From NCBI GenBank assembly GCA_042216015.1, contig JBDGUI010000015.1:30613-94612 (forward strand): a DNA stretch of 64,000 nucleotides. Reading direction: 5' to 3'. The notes beneath the pieces are model-generated. The model did no database searches. It saw only the letters and a program-made list of their open reading frames with translations, and was not told the DNA's origin. Positions within the stretch are counted from its first letter, which is position 1. Each line of letters begins with the position of its first letter. Positions 38,728 to 47,488 of this stretch are shown here, piece by piece. The stretch comes from Halodesulfurarchaeum sp. GTDB taxonomy: Archaea; Halobacteriota; Halobacteria; Halobacteriales; Halobacteriaceae. Position numbers and translations under genes: made by a program.

Positions 38728-38814
38728 GATGACGCTTCGCTTTGGAGGGCCGAAGCGTCAGCGGGGACCAACTCAGGGCGGCAGCGGGATCGGGTTCCGA
38801 TCCCGCTTCCTTTT
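38728..38814 (+). ncRNA. Candidate intergenic sRNA (two hairpins, TATA box upstream, U-tract)
   Basis: TTTAAG at 38701; 10-bp stem 38730-39/38751-60; 11-bp stem 38783-93/38797-807; TTTT at 38811. Confidence 0.65.
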
Positions 38815-39076
38815 ACAAACGATTCCGGAGAGGCTTTGTCATCGGGACGGTCAGTCCCCGAATTCGAAATACGCCGACAGTCCGAACGATTCACTGGCCG
38901 TCTGGACACCCTCCCGCCCTGGCGAAACCCCGACCGTTCCCGAGAACCCGGCTGTTTGCAGGGATCCATTCCATGACCTGCCTGTTTGAACGGATGACGT
39001 TTCAGATTGCGTTCACACCGATGGAGTCCTCTCGAGGCACTCTCGACCCAATATACTTATGGGCACCTGGAAATTA

Positions 39077-39095
39077 CCCTGTATCAGGGTTCACA
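39077..39095. promoter_or_regulatory. Putative operator: TGT-N10-ACA overlapping a CCCTG-N3-CAGGG palindrome
   Basis: TGT(39080)ATCAGGGTTC ACA(39095), immediately before the ATG of the PadR gene. Confidence 0.5.
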
Positions 39096-39096
39096 C

Positions 39097-39375
39097 ATGT
39101 ATGACCTCACAGGCTTTCAACGGGATCTCCTCTACGTCGTGGCAGGTCTCGATGAGCCACACGGGCTCGCGATCAAGGAAGAACTCGAGAAGTACTACGA
39201 ATCCGAGATCCACCACGGTCGGCTCTACCCCAATCTCGACACGCTCGTGGAGAAGGGACTCATCGACAAGGGCGAGCGCGACCAGCGGACGAACTTCTAC
39301 ACCCTCACGCGACGGGGACGCCGAGAAATCGAGGCCCGACGGGAGTGGGAACTCGACTACGTCGACCTCGACTGA
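39097..39375 (+). CDS. PadR-family transcriptional regulator (RosR-like)
   Basis: LTGFQRDLL...PHGLAIKEEL..YY..EIHHGRLYPNLDTLV...RTN.Y.LT.RG. Confidence 0.9.
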   Translation: MYDLTGFQRDLLYVVAGLDEPHGLAIKEELEKYYESEIHHGRLYPNLDTLVEKGLIDKGERDQRTNFYTLTRRGRREIEARREWELDYVDLD

Positions 39376-39441
39376 CCGATCGGCGTCCAGAATTCACATC
39401 GACTCCCCAGCTTCCGCTATTTCTCGGCCCCCAGGCTCCCG

Positions 39442-40605
39442 CTATTCCTCGTCCCCCGAAACTGCCGGTTCCGATTCGCTCTCCGCTCCGTTGCCCTCCG
39501 AGCGATCGAGTCCCATCGGATCGGGAATTGCCTCCGGCTGGATCGGGGCCCCGGCAATCAGTTCCGGCAGCACCAGCGCGACGAAGTGAACGAGCAACAC
39601 CAGCAGCATCGGGCCGAAGAAGAGCCCGTACCAGCCAAAGAGCAACGGCCCGAAGATGTAGGCCAGCATCACCATCCCGAGGTGGAGGTTCCGACCCGAG
39701 ACGTAGGGCCGAAGGATCAGGTCCGGGATGACGTCGACGACGAAAAAGGAGACGACCACGAAGAGCACGGGAAACCAGAGAAGCGACGGGTTCCCGGCCG
39801 ACACGGCAAAGAGATAGATCGACCCGGGAACGTAGACGATCTTGATCCCGATGACCGGAATGAGGCTCGCCACGCCCGTGAGCAGGCCCAGGAGAGCAGG
39901 ATAGGGGAGCGAGACGCCGGCGGGAGAGACCAGATTGAGCGCCGAGTAGGCCCCGGCCCCGATGATCGCCGTGATGGCGGCGTTGAGGATGTTCCCGAAG
40001 AAGACGTTCGAGAAGTCCCGGTCCACGCGTGACATGTACTCCTCCATGACCCCCTCGGAGTCGGAGAAGCGGCGGCGCCACCAGCTCGCGAGTCGGTGGT
40101 CGTCCCGGAGCAGGTAGAAGGCGATCACGACGACGACGAACAGGTGCAGTGCCCCGAGCCCGAAAAAGCCCAGGTAGGTGCTTGCCTCCCGGAGAACCGT
40201 CTGTATCGCCTCCAGGGTGCTGGGACCCGAAATGAGCGAGAGCGGATCGGTGAATACTGCCGAGATGTCGAAGTAGGGGGCAAGGAGCGTCTCGAGGGGC
40301 TGGAAACCCGTTCCCCGCGCATCGAGGAACTTGTTCAGCTCCTGCAGGGCGATGGCGATCGTGTAGAACACGAGCATGATCGCCGGCAACACGAGGGCCA
40401 CGAGTGAGGTCCCCGCGGCGATCGACGGGGTGTGGATGACCCGTTTCACCCGCCGATAGATCGGTCGTGTGGCATAATAGACGAAGATCCCGAACACGAA
40501 GGTGCCAAGAAACGAGTAGAGGAGAAAAAGCACGAGCGCGCCGAGCGCGAACGCGATCGCCCACCAGCCGAGCCGATCGCGGTCGAGCCGTCCAATCCTT
40601 TCCAT
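39442..40605 (-). CDS. AI-2E family transporter
   Basis: YYATRP, FYLLRD, SLIPVIG, LRPYVSG, GLFFGP. Confidence 0.88.
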   Translation of the reverse strand: MERIGRLDRDRLGWWAIAFALGALVLFLLYSFLGTFVFGIFVYYATRPIYRRVKRVIHTPSIAAGTSLVALVLPAIMLVFYTIAIALQELNKFLDARGTGFQPLETLLAPYFDISAVFTDPLSLISGPSTLEAIQTVLREASTYLGFFGLGALHLFVVVVIAFYLLRDDHRLASWWRRRFSDSEGVMEEYMSRVDRDFSNVFFGNILNAAITAIIGAGAYSALNLVSPAGVSLPYPALLGLLTGVASLIPVIGIKIVYVPGSIYLFAVSAGNPSLLWFPVLFVVVSFFVVDVIPDLILRPYVSGRNLHLGMVMLAYIFGPLLFGWYGLFFGPMLLVLLVHFVALVLPELIAGAPIQPEAIPDPMGLDRSEGNGAESESEPAVSGDEE

Positions 40606-40716
40606 ACTCCATCCACGGCCGGGGCGGTAAAAACCTCATGGGCCCGCGGCGAACGGTCGATTCGCCCCTCGATCCGGCCGGGGCGTCGGCCCGGAACCTC
40701 CCTGTCCGGAGAGCTA

Positions 40717-41037
40717 TCAGAACTGATATCGGCGGTCGTCGTCCCCGCCGGAAAACTCGCCCATGCCGGGCATGTCGTCGTAGGTCATGCCGGAGAGGTA
40801 CTCGTCGTAGGTCACGTCGTAGCGGCCCCGGAGATGGAAGTCGAGTTTCCCGGTCTCTGCCGTCGACTGGAAGAGCACGTGAATCGCCCGGGAGACGAGC
40901 GCCGAGGGATCCTCCTCCTCGAGGGCCGTCTGTAACATGGCAAGTTCCAGCCGACTCTCCTCGTCGAGTGTGACGTCGATCCCATCGAGGTCGCCATAGG
41001 CCGTTTCGATGGCGTCGGTGAGTTCGTCGAGACTCAT
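40717..41037 (-). CDS. Conserved haloarchaeal hypothetical protein
   Basis: Acidic 106 aa with LDFHLR..YDVTYDEYLSGMTYD; start ATG 41037. Confidence 0.75.
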   Translation of the reverse strand: MSLDELTDAIETAYGDLDGIDVTLDEESRLELAMLQTALEEEDPSALVSRAIHVLFQSTAETGKLDFHLRGRYDVTYDEYLSGMTYDDMPGMGEFSGGDDDRRYQF

Positions 41038-41160
41038 GGAACACGTTCGTCGACCCACGGGAAAACCCGTTTCGGACGAGAAACGCGGCCCGGCCCGGCG
41101 AAACCGTCCGCCATCCCCACGCTTTCAAGGCACGGATGCCAAGCGACGCCGACAGACCCG

Positions 41161-42072
41161 ATGGCCACCACCCTCGCCGGGACCGATCTCGAGTCGGTTC
41201 GTGCGGCACTGCTGTCCTGGTACGAGACCGATCACCGCTCGTTTCCGTGGCGGGAGACCGACGCTCCCTACGAGATCCTGGTTTCCGAAGTGATGAGCCA
41301 GCAGACCCAGCTCGATCGAATCGTCGATCCCTGGCAGGATTTCACCGATCGGTGGCCCTCGTTCGAGGCCCTCGCCAGAGCCGATCGGAGCGAGGTCGTC
41401 GCGTTCTGGAGCGCCCACCGCCTCGGGTACAACAACCGCGCACGATACCTCCACGAGGCCGCAAAGCAGGTGGTTTCGGACTTCGGCGGGGAATTGCCCA
41501 CCGAACCCGAGCGGCTCGAATCACTCATGGGAGTCGGGCCGTACACCGCCACCGCCGTCGCCTCCTTCGCCTTTGGAACCGGCGGCGCCGTCGTCGACAC
41601 GAACGTGAAGCGGGTCCTGTACCGCGCGTTCGGGGTGCCGGATGACGAAGCCGCCTTCGAGGAGACGGCGGACGAACTGGTGCCGTTGGATTCGCCCGGA
41701 CAGTGGAACAACGCCATCATGGAACTCGGGGGCGTGGTCTGTTCGACGACCCCGCGCTGTGACGAGGCGGGATGTCCGTGGCGGGAGTGGTGCCGGGCCT
41801 ATGAGACGGGTGATTTCACCGCCCCCGACGTGCCGACCCAGCCCGCCTTCGAGGGGAGCCGGCGGCAGTTCAGGGGCCGGATCGTCCGGACGCTCTCGGC
41901 CCACGGCGCGTTGCCACTCGACGATCTGGGCCACCGAATCCGGGTCGAGTATCACCCGACCGGTGAACCGGGGCGTGACTGGCTCGAGGGGCTGCTCGGT
42001 GACCTCGAGTCCGAGGGATTGCTCGCCCTCGACCGGGAGGCCGAACCGCCGATCGTGCGGCTTCAGGAGTAG
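41161..42072 (+). CDS. mutY: A/G-specific adenine glycosylase (HhH-GPD)
   Basis: PWRET..PYEILVSEVMSQQTQ, GVGPYTA, VDTNV, four-Cys Fe-S motif. Confidence 0.9.
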   Translation: MATTLAGTDLESVRAALLSWYETDHRSFPWRETDAPYEILVSEVMSQQTQLDRIVDPWQDFTDRWPSFEALARADRSEVVAFWSAHRLGYNNRARYLHEAAKQVVSDFGGELPTEPERLESLMGVGPYTATAVASFAFGTGGAVVDTNVKRVLYRAFGVPDDEAAFEETADELVPLDSPGQWNNAIMELGGVVCSTTPRCDEAGCPWREWCRAYETGDFTAPDVPTQPAFEGSRRQFRGRIVRTLSAHGALPLDDLGHRIRVEYHPTGEPGRDWLEGLLGDLESEGLLALDREAEPPIVRLQE

Positions 42073-42144
42073 CCCCGGACCAGGCCCGGGGACGTCGTCC
42101 CGGCTGTCCACCCTTTTAGGTATCGAAGGCTCCAACCGTCTCGC

Positions 42145-42732
42145 ATGTCACCGAAAGTCGGCGCGATCGTCGGCAGCCTCAGGGACGGGAGTATCACGCG
42201 GATCGGGCTGGTGCGAGCCCTCCAGTCCGTCGAGGACCACGGCGGGACAGCCGAACTGCTCGATCTCGGTGAGTGCGACCTCCCGGTGTTCGACGCGGAC
42301 GAACGGGACGCCGGGGACGCACCGGAATTCCGCGCCGAGGTGCGGGATCTCGACGCGATCCTGCTCGGGACGCCGGTCTATCACGGCTCCTACTCGGCAC
42401 CGCTCAAGAACGCACTCGACTACTGTGGGTTCGACGAGTTCGAAAACACCACCGTTGGCCTGCTCGCAGTCGCCGGAGGCGGATTTCCCCTCCCGGCGTT
42501 AGATCACCTTCGCGGCGTGCTTCGGGCACTCGACGCCTGGGTGTTGCCGTTCCAGGCGGCGATCCCCGACTCGGGCGAGGCGGTGACGGACGGGGAGGTC
42601 ACCGACCCGGATCTCGAACGCAGACTCGACACGCTCGGCCAGCGAATCGTCGAATACGCCTTCATCGAGCCCGATCCAGTCACATTCGAGGGGCGACACA
42701 ACGTCGGCGCACACAAGGAGGAATCGGACTGA
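42145..42732 (+). CDS. NADPH-dependent FMN reductase
   Basis: GSLRDGS.T, TPVYHGSYSAPLKNALD. Confidence 0.92.
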   Translation: MSPKVGAIVGSLRDGSITRIGLVRALQSVEDHGGTAELLDLGECDLPVFDADERDAGDAPEFRAEVRDLDAILLGTPVYHGSYSAPLKNALDYCGFDEFENTTVGLLAVAGGGFPLPALDHLRGVLRALDAWVLPFQAAIPDSGEAVTDGEVTDPDLERRLDTLGQRIVEYAFIEPDPVTFEGRHNVGAHKEESD

Positions 42733-42761
42733 TTTTAGTGGGGCGTCCCCCTGGTCGAGCC

Positions 42762-43349
42762 ATGCGCGCGATCAGGGAGAACGGCTGGGTCGAGGTCATC
42801 TCGGGCTCGATGTTCTCCGGGAAGACCGAGGAGCTCCTCAGACGATTGCGACGGACAGAAATTGCGGGCCAGACCGTCGCCGCGTTCACGCCCGCCATCG
42901 ACGATCGCTACGGCGAGGCAGCCCTCGGCTCCCATGCAGGACACACCTGGGAGGCAACCGTCATCGACAACACGCCCGAGGGGGTTCACTCGATCCCCGA
43001 GCGGCTCGACGGGGAGTCCGTCGTCGCGATCGACGAGACGAACTTCTTCCCGGTCGAACTCGTCGATGTCGTCGACGACCTGGCGAACGAGGGACGTCGG
43101 GTGATCGTCAGCGGCACGGACCAGACCTTCCGCGGCGAGCCCTTCGAACCACTCGGCCAGCTGATGGCCAACGCCGAGTACGTCGACAAGCTCCGGGCGA
43201 TCTGTGCGGTCTGTGGCGAGCCGGCGACGCGAAACCAGCGACTCGTCGACGGCGAACCCGCCCACGTGGACGACCCGACGATCGTGGTCGGCGCCGAGGA
43301 ATCCTACGAGGCGCGGTGTCGGAACTGCCACGAGGTCCGACGGGACTGA
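42762..43349 (+). CDS. tdk: Thymidine kinase
   Basis: GSMFSGKTEEL, IDE, C..C and YEARCRNC; start ATG 42762. Confidence 0.95.
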   Translation: MRAIRENGWVEVISGSMFSGKTEELLRRLRRTEIAGQTVAAFTPAIDDRYGEAALGSHAGHTWEATVIDNTPEGVHSIPERLDGESVVAIDETNFFPVELVDVVDDLANEGRRVIVSGTDQTFRGEPFEPLGQLMANAEYVDKLRAICAVCGEPATRNQRLVDGEPAHVDDPTIVVGAEESYEARCRNCHEVRRD

Positions 43350-43399
43350 GCGGGCTTTCGACAAGCGTTTAGGAGTCCGGTGGCTTTCCCGTAGTAGAA

Positions 43400-45493
43400 A
43401 TGGGTACGTGTGTTATCTGTGGCTCACCCGCTGACGGCGACGTCTGTGGCACGCACGAGGAGGACGTGTTCTTCGAGTTTCGTGGCACCAGATCGAACCA
43501 ACTGACTGCGAACCGGTACTACCGCGGGAGCGTCGACGGCTTCGCGGAGTTCGGCGTCTTCGTGGACATCGGACCGGTGACCGGCCTGTTGCATCGAAGC
43601 GAGATCCCAAAGCGCCTCGAATCCCTGGACTGGGATCCGGGCGAGACGGTCTTCGTCAAGGTCCTCGAGGTCCACGACAACGGGAACATCGACCTCGGCT
43701 GGTCGCTCCGAGAGACCGAACGCGAGTTCCGGGGCCGCCTGATCGACGATCCGGAGATCGGAAAGCCCGTCCTTCCCGAGAACGCCGATGGCGAGGAAAC
43801 GGAGGAAGCCACCGAATCGGAGCCGTCGGCGGACTCCGGGGTCGGCAGTCCCTCGGCCGTGGAACGGGACGCGACGGACACCAGTTCGACCGACGGGGGC
43901 AGGACCCGGTCCGAGACGGCGGAGCCGGTCGAACCCGAACCGGAACCCGAACCCGAGAGCGAGTCCACGACGGCTGCCAAACCGACCGAAATCGAGCGCC
44001 TCCAGATCGACGCCCTCGACTCGGCTCTCGGGGAGACGATCGCGCTCGAGGGAACGGTCCGCTCCGTTCGCCAGACCGCCGGGCCGACGATCTTCGAGGT
44101 CGAGGACGAGACCGGCAGCGTGGACTGTGCGGCCTTCGAGGAGGCCGGCGTTCGGGCCTACCCCGACGTGGAGACGGGTGAGGTCGTCCGTCTCATCGGC
44201 GTCGTCGAGGAGCACCGGGGCGAAATACAGGTCGAGACCGAGGAACTCTCCGTGCTGGCCGACGAGGCCGCCGCGGCGGTCTCGGAGCGGCGGGAGAACG
44301 CGGTCGACGAACGGGCAGAACCGACGGAGACGGACCTGTTCGTCTCGGATCCGTCCATCGAACCCGTCCAGGACGAACTCCTCGACGCAGCGACGGCGAT
44401 TCGACGGGCCGTCATCGAGTCCAGGCCGGTCATCATTCGCCACACGGCCACTCTCGAGGGATACGTCGGCGGCGCGGCCCTCGAGCGTTCGGTGTTGCCG
44501 CTGATCCGCGAAGCGCACGCAGAAGCGGGCGCGGAGTACCACTACGTCGACCGACGACCCCTCGAGGACCCGATCTACGACGTCGAAGCCGCGACGAGTG
44601 ACGTCACGAGCATGCTCGAGGCCGCGGATCGGCACGGCGAGACCCATCCACTCTTCGTGCTCGTCGACGCGGGCTCGACGCGGGAATCCGTGGACGGGCT
44701 CGACCTGCTCTCGATCTACGACGCGGGAAGTGTGGTCGTCGACGGCGGATACGCCGATGCCAACGCGACCGAGACGTCGGACATCCTCGTCAGTCCGACC
44801 GCGGCCGGAGGCCGGCCGGTTTCGACCGGCGTGTTGGGCACCCATCTCGCAGCCCTCGTGAACGCCGAGGTCCGGGAGGATCTCTCACACCTGCCCGCGA
44901 CGAGTTTCTGGACCCAGGTCCCGGATCGATACGCCGACCTCGCGACCGACCACGGCCACGAGATGGGGACGATCGAGGACATCCGGAACGCGGTGGCCCT
45001 GGAGGCCTTCTACCAGTCCTATGAGGACAAGCGCGAGCTCATCGCCGATCTCTTCTGGGACGAGGGCAACGCCTCCCTGGCCGCGCCGCTCAGCGAGCAG
45101 TTCGAGACGAAACGGGAGACCGAGGTCGAAACCGCGCGACCGCATCTCGAGCGGCGGAGCGAGAACGGCGTCCAGATCGACGTGCTCGACGTGGCCGCCT
45201 ACACCCACCGCTATGACTTCCCACCGACGGACCTCCTGCTCGCGGAACTCCACCGGCGGGAATCCGCGGACAGTGGGGCGACGGTGACGATCGCACTCGA
45301 CGAGGACGAACTCTTCCTCGAGCGCTCGACCGCGCTCGACGTGCGCGCCATCGGCGAAGCCGTTGCCGACCGCGTGGAGGGTGGCGGCGTCACGCCGCGA
45401 GGCGGCCGGGACGGTCGAATAGAGTTCCTCTCCGGCCGGCGAGATGAGGTGCTCGAGGCCGTGATCGAGGAGGTCTCGGCCTGGCTCGGCTGA
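43400..45493 (+). CDS. RecJ-like/DHH-family protein with S1 and OB domains (degenerate catalytic motifs)
   Basis: N-terminal C..C knuckle, S1 (FGVFVDIG..TGLLH.SE), OB (QTAGPTIF...AF), and a DHH-like core lacking the DHH motif. Confidence 0.8.
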   Translation: MGTCVICGSPADGDVCGTHEEDVFFEFRGTRSNQLTANRYYRGSVDGFAEFGVFVDIGPVTGLLHRSEIPKRLESLDWDPGETVFVKVLEVHDNGNIDLGWSLRETEREFRGRLIDDPEIGKPVLPENADGEETEEATESEPSADSGVGSPSAVERDATDTSSTDGGRTRSETAEPVEPEPEPEPESESTTAAKPTEIERLQIDALDSALGETIALEGTVRSVRQTAGPTIFEVEDETGSVDCAAFEEAGVRAYPDVETGEVVRLIGVVEEHRGEIQVETEELSVLADEAAAAVSERRENAVDERAEPTETDLFVSDPSIEPVQDELLDAATAIRRAVIESRPVIIRHTATLEGYVGGAALERSVLPLIREAHAEAGAEYHYVDRRPLEDPIYDVEAATSDVTSMLEAADRHGETHPLFVLVDAGSTRESVDGLDLLSIYDAGSVVVDGGYADANATETSDILVSPTAAGGRPVSTGVLGTHLAALVNAEVREDLSHLPATSFWTQVPDRYADLATDHGHEMGTIEDIRNAVALEAFYQSYEDKRELIADLFWDEGNASLAAPLSEQFETKRETEVETARPHLERRSENGVQIDVLDVAAYTHRYDFPPTDLLLAELHRRESADSGATVTIALDEDELFLERSTALDVRAIGEAVADRVEGGGVTPRGGRDGRIEFLSGRRDEVLEAVIEEVSAWLG

Positions 45494-45530
45494 ACGACAC
45501 CCTTTTTGGCGGCTCTCTGCAGGCATCTAT

Positions 45531-47174
45531 ATGGACGCGACGGGTGAGCGACGCTTCGAGGCGGCATGTGAGGCCGTGCTCACCCGCATTCTCGAGGGCG
45601 AGGTGGACCGCGAGAATCTGGAACAGGCGAAGTTGGCGGCCTGTGGCGAGCACTCCTCGCCGAAGGTTCCCACAAATGGGGAACTGCTCCAGGCCGCCCC
45701 AGCGGACGCCCGCGAGCAGGTCGAACCGATCCTCCGCCGGAAGCCGGTTCGAACCGCCTCCGGGGTAACCCCGGTCGCCGTGATGACCAGTCCAGAGCCG
45801 TGCCCACACGGGAAGTGTCTCTACTGTCCCGGCGGGCCCGCCTCGGAGTTCTCCTCCGCACAGAGCTACACCGGGCACGAGCCAGCTGCGGCCCGTGCCG
45901 AACAGAACGACTACGACCCATACGGACAGGTCCGTCTCCGGTTGGCCCAGCTCCGACACATCGGTCACCCGGTCGACAAGGTCGAACTCATCGTGATGGG
46001 TGGCACGATGACGGCCCGGGATCCGGACTACCAGGAGTGGTTCGTCCGGCGGGCGATCCAGGCGATGAACGAGTTCGACCCGGCCGATCCGCCGGCGCCG
46101 ACCGAGGGCGAAAGTTTCGCCCAGGCACCCGAAGACGTGGTCGACCGGTCCCTCGAGAACGTCCTCCGAGCGAACGAGACGGCCTCGGTGCGGAACGTCG
46201 CGACGACCTTCGAGACCAAGCCGGACTGGTGTGGACCCGACCAGATCGACCGGATGCTGCGACTCGGGGTGACGAAGGTCGAGGTCGGCGTCCAGACGAC
46301 CTTCGAGGGAGTCAACCGCGAGATGCATCGCGGACATGGCGTGCAGGACGCCATCGACGCTGGCCGGCGCCTTCGTGATGCGGGCTTCAAGGTCGGCTTC
46401 CACCTGATGCCCGGGCAACCAGGGACCTCCCTGGCGATGGCGAGAGAGGACGCCCAACGCCTCTTCGAAGACGCCCGGTGGCGACCGGACTATCTCAAGA
46501 TCTATCCGACACTCGTGGTGCGCGGGACCAGGATCTACGACCTGTGGCGCCGGGACGAGTACGAGCCACTGACGAACGACCAGGCAGCCGAAATGGTCGC
46601 GGGGATCAAGGCCGATCTTCCCCAGTATGTGCGGCTCCAGCGGGTCCAGCGGGACATCCCGGCGGACTTCATCGACGCCGGCGTCTGGAAGTCGAACCTC
46701 CGCCAGCTGGCCCGCGAGCGGATGGCCGAGCACGGCTGGAGCTGTGACTGCATCCGCTGCCGGGAGGTCGGAATGAACGACGAGGAGCCCACGGGTGTCG
46801 AATTGACCGTGCAGACCTACGAGGCCGGCGGCGGCACCGAGCACTTCCTCAGTTTCGAAGCCCCAGCAGAGGACCTGCTGATCGGCTTTCTCAGGCTCCG
46901 CTTCCCTGGCGAGCCACGTCGCGAGGAACTCCAGGATGCGGCCCTGGTCCGGGAACTCCATGTCTACGGCAACGAGGTCGGGCTGGGTGAGACTGCCGAG
47001 GAGTTTCAACACCAGGGCTACGGCCGCAATCTCGTCCGTGAGGCCGAGTCGATGGCCGCGGCGGCGGGCTACGGGAAGCTCGTCGTCATCGCCGGAGTGG
47101 GAGCCCGGGAGTACTACCGTCGGGAACTGGGGTACCAGCAGGACGGCCCATACGTGAGCAAGTCACTCTATTGA
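45531..47174 (+). CDS. elp3: tRNA uridine(34) 5-carboxymethylation radical SAM/GNAT enzyme Elp3
   Basis: CPHGKCLYC, SYTG.EP, GGT, ETKPD, KIYPT, RELHVYG, QHQGYG. Confidence 0.96.
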   Translation: MDATGERRFEAACEAVLTRILEGEVDRENLEQAKLAACGEHSSPKVPTNGELLQAAPADAREQVEPILRRKPVRTASGVTPVAVMTSPEPCPHGKCLYCPGGPASEFSSAQSYTGHEPAAARAEQNDYDPYGQVRLRLAQLRHIGHPVDKVELIVMGGTMTARDPDYQEWFVRRAIQAMNEFDPADPPAPTEGESFAQAPEDVVDRSLENVLRANETASVRNVATTFETKPDWCGPDQIDRMLRLGVTKVEVGVQTTFEGVNREMHRGHGVQDAIDAGRRLRDAGFKVGFHLMPGQPGTSLAMAREDAQRLFEDARWRPDYLKIYPTLVVRGTRIYDLWRRDEYEPLTNDQAAEMVAGIKADLPQYVRLQRVQRDIPADFIDAGVWKSNLRQLARERMAEHGWSCDCIRCREVGMNDEEPTGVELTVQTYEAGGGTEHFLSFEAPAEDLLIGFLRLRFPGEPRREELQDAALVRELHVYGNEVGLGETAEEFQHQGYGRNLVREAESMAAAAGYGKLVVIAGVGAREYYRRELGYQQDGPYVSKSLY

Positions 47175-47488
47175 CCAGTCGCGTACCGGCTGGCTCTGGT
47201 GATCGAGCGCCGGCTGGCAGGGGTGGTCGAATACCGACCGGCCATGGTGAATCGAGTGCCGGCCGATCGAGGTGCATGGCACGTGGGGGCGAACAGGCGG
47301 CCTTGTCGCCGACGCGGTCGGCCGCGCTGCCGCGTGCCGCGCCGGGTTTTCCAAGCGGGGATGGACATGTCTGGCCCGGTAATTCGGTTTAAACGTTCGT
47401 TGGGAAGGGTGGTCGAGCGATGGAAGTTCGGTCTGTGGCCCTCCGTTCGACCGATGCCCCTAACCCGATCCTCCGTCTGGGTGTGACC

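Noticed and set aside
38727..38733. C/D box guide RNA (TGATGA)
   Set aside because: The C-like word is partly inside the first stem and no terminal CTGA D box is present.
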